Assembly: GCA_965237955.1 (NCBI GenBank)
Contig: OZ250169.1
Span: 7,200,001 to 7,264,000, forward strand
Length of the DNA: 64,000 bases
Direction: 5' to 3'
From: Candidatus Marinacidobacterales bacterium
GTDB taxonomy: Bacteria; Acidobacteriota; Vicinamibacteria; Marinacidobacterales; SMYC01
The translations under genes and the position numbers were made by a program. Shown here piece by piece: positions 55,396-64,000 of the stretch; position 1 is the first letter of the stretch, and each line of letters begins with the position of its first letter. The notes below the pieces were generated by a model. It was not told the origin of the DNA. It saw nothing but the letters and a program-made list of their open reading frames with translations, and did no database searches.

Positions 55396-56749
55396 CCGTC
55401 GTGTCCAAAAATACAAACGAACTCAAGACCGGCTCGACGGGACGTTTCGGAATAGACGTATCTACGCTTGATTGGCCAATGGGAGCTAGAATCCTCGGTC
55501 ATGAGCACGCCGATCCAGCCCTTGACATTGTTGGTCATCACCATCGCTGGTTGGATCCAGCGTGACCAACAGGCCGCTATGGTCTACTTGCTCGAGGAGA
55601 ACAAAGTCCTCAAAGATCGGCTTTGCGGGAGGAAGCTTCGTCTCACAGACGACGAGCGACGTCGGCTCGCGGTAAAGGGTAAGGCGCTTGGCCGGAAACT
55701 CTTGGCAGAAGTCGCCGGTATCGTCACACCGGAAACCCTTCTGGCTTGGCACCGAAGGCTGATTGCGCGGAAGTGGTACTACAGCGAGCGAGCGGCGGAA
55801 ACAGCCCGGACGGCCCCGGGTCATGGCCGAGATTAGCGAGCTCGTGGTGGGGATGGCGAAGTCAAATCCGAGGTGGGGGTATACACGCATTCGCGGCGCC
55901 CTCTCGAATCTCGGCCATACGGTAGCCAGGAGCACCATCGCCAATATTCTGCGAGAACATGGCATCGAGCCCGCGCCGGAGCGAAGTGAGCGGACGCCGT
56001 GGCGCACGTTTCTCGCCGCCCATTGGGAAACCGTTGCGGCGACCGACTTCTTCACCGTCGAGGTCGCCACAGTTCGCAGGCTCGTGACCTACTATGTGCT
56101 CGTCGTCATCGAGCTGTCTTCGCGAAAAGTGCACATTGCCGGAATCACTCCGGGGCCGGATGGCCCGTTCATGATGCAGGTCGGTCGGAATCTCACCGAC
56201 CCATTCGACGGCTTTCTGCGCGGCAAGCGATTCCTCATCCTGGACCGCGACAAGAAGTTCACCACGGAGTTTCGCGATTTGCTCGAGCACGCCGGAACGG
56301 ACGTCATTCGGCTGCCGCACCGTTCGCCGAACCTGAACGCTTATGTCGAAAGGTTTGTTTTGTCGATCAAGAGCGAGTGCTTGGAGCGGATGATCTTCTT
56401 CAGTGAGCAATCGCTGCGCCGTGCCGTCGCTGAGTTCATCCATCATTATCACGGAGAGCGCAACCATCAAGGGCTCGGGAACGCGTTGCTCGAAGCGGAA
56501 GAATGCGTCGGCAGTCCTCACGGGAAGGTGCGATGTCGTAAGCGATTGGGCGGCTTGCTCAGCTACTACCACCGCGACGCCGCATAGGAGTTCGGGCGCG
56601 CCAGTTGGACGGAACGGATGGTCTGCAGGAGAGGTCTGCTCGGGGTCGCCTATCGCAGAGCCAGTACCGCGTCGGCTGGTCTCCGCGAGTTTTGAGAACG
56701 CCTCTAGGATTCGACCTTGCCGCTCCGTTCGCGTTTTCGGACAGGACGG
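55396..56749 (+). mobile_element. IS with integrase-core (rve) transposase, CDS 55501-56587 with frameshift near 55790
   Basis: Imperfect IRs CCGTCGTGTCCAAAAATACAAACG / CCGTCCTGTCCGAAAACGCGAACG; [36 protein letters not shown]. Confidence 0.88.
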
Positions 56750-57545
56750 GCGCGAGCTCGATGGATTGCGGGTGATTGGGATGGACGAGATCAGCTACCG
56801 CAAACGCCACAAGTACTTAACAGTGGTAATAGACCATCTCAGCGGCCGGGTCGTCTGGGCGGGAAAGGAGCGCAAGGCCAAGACGCTGCTGCGGTTTTTC
56901 CGCAAGCTCGGACCACAAAGAGCCGCGGAGCTCGAAGCGGTCAGCATGGACATGTGGGAGCCGTACAGAACTGTCGTCGGCAAAAAGGCTCCTCAGGCAC
57001 GGGTGATCTTTGACCGCTTCCACATCGTCAAGCATCTGAACGAGGCCGTGGATAAGACCCGGCGCGAGCTGGTGCGCGAGCTCAAAGGGACTGCCCGGCG
57101 CAACCTCAAGAACACCAAGTTTCCCCTTCTCAAGGCCAAACACAACCGCAGCGCGAAAGACAAACGGGTGCTCCGCGAGCAGGTGCGAGCTAATCGTCGC
57201 CTCTACCGCGCCATGCTTCTGCGCGACAACTTCATGGACCTCTACACCTACAAAACCGAGACATGGGCCAAGAAGTTTCTCCGAGGATGGCTGCGGCGCG
57301 CTATGAGCTCGAGGATAGAGCCCGTCAAACGCGCGGCGAAGATGATCCGCAGCCACTTCGATGGCGTCATCGCGTGGGTCACGTGGAGACTCAGCAACGG
57401 CCGACTCGAAGGAATGAACAACAAAATCCGGCTGCTGAGCCACCGCAGCTTTGGACTCCACTCTGCCGAAGCTCTCATCAGTCTCGTCTACCTAAACTGT
57501 GGCGGTCTCACCCTCGAGAGGATCCACTGAAATGGCAGGAGAGGC
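56750..57545 (+). mobile_element. 3' remnant of the ISL3 at 27120-28838
   Basis: Nearly identical to 28043-28838 (two substitutions seen), includes IRR; 5' part absent. Confidence 0.92.
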
Positions 57546-57664
57546 CTTATAACTACGACTACTCATGACTAGAACCCTTGCCCACCTTCCTGTCCGTCGG
57601 TCTAGCGCGAGGGTCAGCGGCGCGGCCACCCCTGGTGGCCGGCAAGCCGTTGACCAAACCCATA

Positions 57665-59426
57665 CTAATAATGATACTGCCGGCGTGGAAGGGAAGGGCC
57701 ACGTCCGACCGACCCCCGCGACATGTCTTCTCGCTTAACAAATTGGTCGAATAAACGCGACACTATATGTGTGTATCCCTTGGCCTCAGGTACCGACAGA
57801 AGCCACGATCCCTCGTCTGCCCGCGAGAACCAAAGCCCGGTAGAGTCGTCGGGAACTCCGGGCGACAGGTCGCGATGGACTGAGCCAATGAAGTCACCGA
57901 CGTAAGGCAAAACTTTCACGTTGTAATGCCCGAAACGCTTATCACCGATCGCCCGTTGCAGTAACTGCTTATGCAGCTCTCTCTTTCGAGGATATCCTGA
58001 ATCTAGTTGAAATCGGTGAGTGACTCCCTTCAAGATCGTCGGTGTCAAAGCTGGCGATCAAAAAGAAAGGAGCCACCCGGTGAGAGCAGATACGAAGAAG
58101 AGAAAGAATGCAACACAGATGCTGAGGGCGACGCAGGAGCAAGAGTGGTGGGCGGATCAAGTTGTGCATGTGATGCTGGAGGGCAAGCGAGCGCTGGACG
58201 CCGCGATGCTCGATGTCGGACGCCTGGTAGCTGAGACGCTCATGTACATGGAGCGCGAAGAGAGATCTGGGCCAGACTACCATCCTACGTCGTCCGGGCT
58301 TCGCAAATGGGCGAGTCAACGTGGGTCGATCTATGTCGGTGACCAGAAGCTCCCTGTCGAGCACCCTCGATTGCGGGGCCCGGAGGGTGAGGTCGGGCTG
58401 AGAACCTACGAGCAGCTCAAGAATCGCGGGGGCTTTTCGGAGGAACTCCTGTCGGAGGTGCTTCGGGGAATGTCTGCTCGCAAGTACGAAGAGACGGTGA
58501 CGGCGGCAGGCAAGGCTTTCGGTGTGACGCCGAGCTCGGTGTCCCGCCATCTGGTCGAGGCGACGGCGAAGCAGCTGAAGCAGTTCCAGGAGCGCAGTCT
58601 CGAAGAGTTTCCGCTCTTCGCGATGTACCTAGACACGGTCCACCGCGGCGGTCAGGCGTTCGTGGTCGCGCTCGGCGTGGACCGTGAAGGGAAAAAGCTC
58701 CCCCTGGGCTTCTGGGAAGGGGCGACGGAGAACCACGAGATCTGCGAGGAATTGCTGGAAGAGTTGGAGCGACGGGGGTTAAAGCTCTCCAAACGGATCC
58801 TCTGGGTAACCGATGGTGGCGGGGGGATCATCAAGGCGCTCAAAGACCGATACGGCAAGAAGCTCATCCACCAGCGGTGTACTTTGCACAAAGACCGCAA
58901 CATCCAGCGCCACCTGCCCAAACGCTACCGCAAGCAGGCACACCACCTCTTCGCGACTGCCTTGGAGCAGAACAGCTACAAGGACGCGAAGAAGATGTTG
59001 CAGGAGTTCGAGCGCTGGCTTCGCGACATCAACGAGTCGGCGGCAGACTCACTCCTCGAGGCACTCGAGGAGGTGCTGATGCTCCACAAGTTGAAGGTCC
59101 CCGCTCTACTGCGCCAGAGCCTGCACTCGACGAATCCTATAGAGAGTATGTTCTCCATGGTTCGTAGTTGCGAGCGCAACATCAAACGCTACCGTAACAG
59201 CAAAATGCGCCAGCGACGGCTCGCCGCTGTGCTGCTGCACTGCGAACAACAGTTCAGACGAGTCAAGGGGCACGCATCCATCGACGTAGTGGTTGCGGCC
59301 ATCGATGCGATCCAACGAGAGGACGAGATGCCTGAGGCCGCGTAAGGTCAGGGGCGTAGAGCTGGAAATGACCACGAGTCGCTTATGATGGTTTCAACTA
59401 ATTCCTTGACATCCTCTCTCTTTCAT
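57665..59426 (-). pseudogene. Small hypothetical gene interrupted just after its start by IS256
   Basis: Removing the IS gives MKERELHKQLLQRAIGDKRFGHY... with an upstream AAGG RBS. Confidence 0.55.
57988..59416 (+). mobile_element. IS256-family IS, 1429 bp; transposase about 58080-59345
   Basis: IRs GAGGAT...TAGTTGAAA; 8-bp TSD TCTCTTTC; GMSARKY, YLD, VTDG, HQRC, STNPIE. Confidence 0.95.
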
Positions 59427-59631
59427 TGGTCACCTTCTGGCGCGCGCCCCTTACCACGATTCGCGGATTCTTTGTCGGCGGTCGACTGTAATCCGCGATC
59501 GAGTCGCTTTCGGGTCTATTGACTGCCTTTCCACCACGCCCGACAAGAATCCCCGATCGGCAACCTCGGTCGCGAGCGCGCTCGACTTTGGCGCCATGTG
59601 ACATAATACGTCGTCGGCTTGCCTTGAGAGG

Positions 59632-60486
59632 ATGACGATGGCAAATAAGCGGGCAGGGAGAAAGAAACTGCCCAAGAACTTGGACGCGAACCTCTCGGGC
59701 TCCAAGCGCGAGAAGCTCAAGAGAAAGACCTATACCAAGGCCCTGGCAGATTTTCAGGTCGAGCTGGTCAAGCTCCAGAAGTGGATCCAAGACAAGGGGC
59801 TCAGGGTCGTCGTTATTTTCGAGGGACGCGACGCCGCCGGCAAGGGCGGTGCCATCAAGCGCATCACCCAGAGCCTCAATCCACGTATCTGTCGCGTGGT
59901 AGCCCTCGCTACGCCCACCGAGCGGGAGAAGACCCAGTGGTACTTCCAGCGCTACGTTGCTCATCTCCCCGCCGCTGGCGAGATGGTGCTCTTCGATCGG
60001 AGCTGGTACAACCGCGCCGGCGTGGAGCGCGTGATGGGATTCTGTACCGAGGAGGAGTACCAGGAGTTCTTGCGCTCGTGTCCGGAGTTCGAGCGCATGC
60101 TGCTTCGCTCCGGGATCAAGTTGATCAAGTATTGGTTCTCAGTGAGCGATGAAGAGCAAGAGTGTCGCTTTAAACAGCGCATCAACGATCCAATCCGCCG
60201 CTGGAAGATCAGCGAGATGGATCTCAAGTCGCGGGCAAAGTGGGTCGAGTATTCCATGGCCAAAGACGAAATGTTCAACCACGCCGATATCAAGCAGGCC
60301 CCTTGGTTCGTGGTCCGAGCGGATGACAAGAAGCGGGCTCGACTCAACGTCATCGCACATCTGCTGAGTCAGATCCCGTACAACGAGCTCAAGGACCCGG
60401 AGGTTAAACTGCCCCGGAGGCAAAAGAACGTCGGGTACCTACGGCCCCCGATTTCGGACCAAACGTTCGTGCCGGAAGTGTTCTAG
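59632..60486 (+). CDS. ppk2: Polyphosphate kinase 2
   Basis: FEGRDAAGKGG, WYFQRY, FDRSWYNRAGVERVMGF, DDKKRARLN. Confidence 0.97.
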   Translation: MTMANKRAGRKKLPKNLDANLSGSKREKLKRKTYTKALADFQVELVKLQKWIQDKGLRVVVIFEGRDAAGKGGAIKRITQSLNPRICRVVALATPTEREKTQWYFQRYVAHLPAAGEMVLFDRSWYNRAGVERVMGFCTEEEYQEFLRSCPEFERMLLRSGIKLIKYWFSVSDEEQECRFKQRINDPIRRWKISEMDLKSRAKWVEYSMAKDEMFNHADIKQAPWFVVRADDKKRARLNVIAHLLSQIPYNELKDPEVKLPRRQKNVGYLRPPISDQTFVPEVF

Positions 60487-61027
60487 GTCTGTAGAAACCA
60501 CGGTGCTTCCGCCGTGTACTGTTGCTGATGTGTACGCATTCTCTTGCAAAGAAGGCGCTTACGCCCAGTTTAACGCGAACCGAAGTCGACGGGGCCTAAT
60601 TTGACTGTAAGCCATTGCACGATAACGCCCTGCATTGCACCAACGTTTCTTGACGGAAGCACCGCTGGCGCAGGCCTTTTTGCCCTCGTGAAGCTGATCG
60701 AGGGAGGCTGACGTCTAACAGGAAGGCTGACGTCAAGCCCAGGGAGCGGACGCGATGAAGCATTGGCGGCGCCTATCGGGGACGCGAGAAACAGCAGTTC
60801 CACGCCACGACGATCCCACCGGCGATCGCCGTCTCGGCAGCCCCGCGGCTGGAGGCTGTGACCGCTCAAGAAGACGACGACCTTACTCCTCACGACGAGG
60901 CGATCCTCGACGAGCTGCACAACTTGTATTCCACGAAGTCAACGTGCTTCACGAGTGCACAGGGTGATTGCCAAGGCTATGATGGGCGTATTGAAACGAG
61001 GCGACAAGGCGTAGTGGATTGAATCTC

Positions 61028-61249
61028 ATGCACAAAGCCGAGATCGTTTTTCTGAGTTTCTTGCTCACCTTTGCGGGCCTGTCGCCGGCGGAAGACCTAT
61101 CTGCGCTCCGGAAGGACATCCAGGCCTTCAAAAGCGACCCCCGCGGTCCCTATCAAGCCGTCCGTTGGTTCTGTCCCGACGGCTCGGTAATCCCCCCTCA
61201 GGATCGCTGTCCAGAGCCGGGCGGCATACAGCACGCCCTCCCCAAAAGC
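61028..61249 (+). pseudogene. 5' fragment of a secreted protein truncated by IS5
   Basis: Signal peptide, DPRGPYQAVRWFCPDGS..C..GGIQHA; stops at the IS end. Confidence 0.6.
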
Positions 61250-62336
61250 TGCCTTGGTGCACAACTCCGATAGAGGCCGAGAGCTCGCTTGGCCCCGACT
61301 CCCATCATCCGATCATCTCGCTATCAGGCATCCCGAGCGCCGTCATCGTGTTGAGAATCTTGCACCCGATCCTTGCCTCGACTCTCTGTGCCGCCAACCC
61401 TCTCGCTCGCATCGCTGAGCCCACGATAGCCTTGTAGCGATGGAACGTTGTCTCGACTTTGATCCGTTTGCTGTAGCCCGATTCTGTGTGCCACTTTCGT
61501 TTGCCGAGCCGAGCTTGTGCTGCAATGTTGCGATTGCGCTGTCGGCTGCTCGCCGGCCCCGATGCGAGCTGGGCGCCCTTGCGCGGCGGTATCAGCACCC
61601 TCGGCGAGCAATGAGCGCTGTGATTCTCGATTGCCTCATAGACGCCGCCGGCGTCGTATGCGGTGTCAGCTCTGGCAGATGAGATGGGACTGTCGATCTG
61701 TCCGACAAGCGATGCAACCCGCGATGAATCGCGGGCTCTTTTGCTCGTCAGCTCGCCGGCGACGACTTCGCCACTCTGCTCGTCGACACACAGATGGAGC
61801 TTGCGATAGTCCCTGCTCTTTGGTGCTCTGCGCAGCTGGCCGGCGTGGACAGCGAGACCGCTGCTGTCGATCAAGATGTGCAACGGCGTCTTCTGCTTGT
61901 CTTGGTAGAAGGGGACCTTACCCAGCTTCGCCTTGCGCCTCGAGATCGTGGTGTGATCGGGCACATCATTGTCTAGCTTCATCAGAGCGAACAACGATCG
62001 CAGCAATCCCTCGCTCTGCCTAGATGACAGATGAAACACCATGCCCAGGGTGACAGCCGTCTCGATGGCGTGGTTCGAGTACTTGCGTTGACGGCCCGGT
62101 TTCCTCCTCCTCGGCCGGGGCGCGTCCCAGTTCACAAGCTTGCCGGCGGTGAGCGAGATCCAGACGGTCAGGCTCCCACGGTTGCGTAGACCCGCCTCAT
62201 ATTCACGCCAATTCCTCACGCGATAGGCCTTCTTCACATACTTCCGCTGAGTGCGTTTGAAAATGCTCATGGGGAACCTCGAATCCGTGAGTAAAGGACA
62301 ATTGTGGACCGAGATCGCGAGTTGTGCACCAAGGCA
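61250..62336 (-). mobile_element. IS5-family IS (IS903-like); transposase 61305-62270
   Basis: Perfect 18-bp IR TGCCTTGGTGCACAACTC; NWREYEAGLRNRGSLTVW, PDHTT, IDSSG, RKLHL, ADTAYD; no TSD. Confidence 0.93.
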
Positions 62337-62692
62337 TCGACGACGTGCTAGTCGGTGAGTTCGACGGCCTGCCACCCCACGTCGTAGAGAAAGTAGACGA
62401 GAGGATACAGCGGGCACTGGAGAAGAGTGCTGCCCGAGACAGCGACGACTATGCCGCGCTCCCTGGCAAGCTCGAATTCTGCGACCTGCGAGAACTCCAG
62501 GACACCATTACCAGCAGATCACTTTGGCCGCAGTTCTCTGAACGCTTCTCCAATAAGGAGACGCTGGTCGGAAAGTTCGGGCAACTGGCGGAGCTTCGCA
62601 ATGGTATCCGGCACGCACGAAGGGTTGACGAGGTGACCCGCAAAGAGGGTGAAGCCGCCATTCTCTGGTTCGAAATAGTGCTTGAATCGTAA
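62337..62692 (+). pseudogene. C-terminal Swt1-like HEPN fragment, possibly the tail of a GmrSD/DUF262-type protein; 5'-truncated by IS5
   Basis: LEFCDLRELQDTI..LWPQF, ELRNGIRH (RxxxxH). Confidence 0.65.
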
Positions 62693-62767
62693 CCCATAAC
62701 CTCGGGCAGGATCCGGCGATGAAACATTCCGGGGTAGACTACCGAGGAGATCGTTGGGGAGGTTACA

Positions 62768-64000
62768 GTGACTGGGGAAATTAAATGGAGTACATCTGCC
62801 GCTATAGCCCGACGTCTGGGCGATCAGCTCATCAAAGACCCACATACTGCCTTTTTTGAATTAATCAAAAACAGCTACGACGCTGATGCGACTAAGGTGG
62901 AAGTAAATTTCCACCGGCCTTTATCTGACGCTGCGAAGATCGTGATCCGAGACAATGGAACAGGTATGACGATCGGCGACCTACAAACGAAGTGGGCTCG
63001 AGCAGCTGGAGAAAACAAAGTGCAGGAGCCGTACACACCCTGCTTCTCAAGGCGTCGACTCGGAGCCAAAGGAATAGGTCGTTTCTCCTTGGCAAAGCTC
63101 GGTGACAATGTCAAAGTCATCACGAAGACGGAGCGAGATCGGTTACAGATCCAATTCACGATTAACTTCGCAGCATTTACAGATGACAAAGATTTTGAAG
63201 ATATGGATTTTCAGTATACAGAAGGCGCGCCGCGTCGCGGGTTCCAGCGCGGTACGATTCTTGAACTTTCGGCACTACGTGATCGCTGGGGGAAGCGGGA
63301 AATCCGCAAGATCCGACACCAGCTCTCCCATCTCATCGATCCTGATGTAGAAGACCAGAATTTTCGTATCATCTTCAAATGTCGGGAATTTCTTGAATTT
63401 GACGGCCCTCTCGATAATCCAATCGCTGGTAAAGAGACGCATCGCGTCGGATTCTCGATAGAACCGGACGGTCGCTACGAAAGGACTGTTGAAATTAATG
63501 GACTTCCAAAGAACGAAAAGGAATTACGAACTCCGTTGCCTTGCGGGCCAGTGAAGGGCGTTATTCGCTATTACAAGCACGGAGTGAAGCAGCAAGACAG
63601 AAAGCTTTCGGAAGGCGCTGAGGAATCCCACATGGGGGTAAAAGTCTACCGGGACGGCTGTCGCGTGCGGCCTTATGGTGAAACGTCGGACGATTGGCTT
63701 TCGATCTCCTCTAAACGGGCCAGGGCAGGCGGTAAGTATTATGTTCAGCCTCTTGCCGTTGCCGGGTCGGTCCATATTTCCGCAACTGGAAATAATAACC
63801 TAACGGATGCGACCAACCGGGAGGCAGGAATGATCGAGAACGAAGAGTTTGGAGCGTTGCAAAGGTTCGTTTTAGAACACGTAGAACTGCTGAACAAACT
63901 TCTTGAGCAGGAGACACGTTCCGAATCGATCAAACAGAAACGACATACGGTGAAGAAGATCCTCAACACCGTAATCGACTGCCTCCAACGCCAAGACAGC
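62768..64000 (+). CDS. GHKL (MORC/HATPase_c) ATPase, runs off the window; absent from the ORF track
   Basis: GGAGG RBS, GTG start; LGDQLI, ELIKNSYDADA, IRDNGTGM, GAKGIGRF, VKVYRDG.RVRPYG; lower GC. Confidence 0.88.
   Translation, partial: MTGEIKWSTSAAIARRLGDQLIKDPHTAFFELIKNSYDADATKVEVNFHRPLSDAAKIVIRDNGTGMTIGDLQTKWARAAGENKVQEPYTPCFSRRRLGAKGIGRFSLAKLGDNVKVITKTERDRLQIQFTINFAAFTDDKDFEDMDFQYTEGAPRRGFQRGTILELSALRDRWGKREIRKIRHQLSHLIDPDVEDQNFRIIFKCREFLEFDGPLDNPIAGKETHRVGFSIEPDGRYERTVEINGLPKNEKELRTPLPCGPVKGVIRYYKHGVKQQDRKLSEGAEESHMGVKVYRDGCRVRPYGETSDDWLSISSKRARAGGKYYVQPLAVAGSVHISATGNNNLTDATNREAGMIENEEFGALQRFVLEHVELLNKLLEQETRSESIKQKRHTVKKILNTVIDCLQRQDS

Noticed and set aside
60700-60740. Direct repeat AGGCTGACGTC, two copies
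   Set aside because: No convincing downstream gene or cognate regulator
1-64000. CRISPR arrays, tRNA or rRNA genes, retron or DGR reverse transcriptase, tnpB
   Set aside because: No repeat-spacer arrays, RNA-gene signatures or RT motifs seen; the IS200 element carries tnpA only

Overview
GC-rich bacterial window whose gene repertoire resembles Acidobacteriota (inference from protein families; not verified). Left to right: zwf/pgl; a truncated RND efflux pair fused at about 6.09 kb to a 5'-truncated C25 (gingipain-like) peptidase split by an ISL3; an Omp85-type barrel plus a secreted kinase-like partner; a lysC-dapB-dapA-dapD operon; a cyclophilin; a DsrE-like gene with an in-frame TGA (likely selenocysteine); nadQ-nadA-nadC with a NadQ box but no nadB; two amidohydrolases; a PilZ / Ser-Thr kinase / FHA-EAL cluster; fadE; an ECF sigma/anti-sigma locus whose candidate promoter motif recurs with exact spacing in front of neighbouring genes; an MFS/spermidine synthase fusion; a second MarR-RND operon; ppk2; and the start of a defence-like island (HEPN fragment, GHKL ATPase). 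Mobile elements are abundant: two complete ISL3 plus one remnant, two IS256, IS200/605, IS5, an integrase-core element and a 129-bp MITE. More than 12 single-base frameshifts are present and may be sequencing errors. Best leads: the ECF regulon motif, the selenoprotein with a SECIS-like hairpin, and a strand-biased structured element inside an ISL3 leader.
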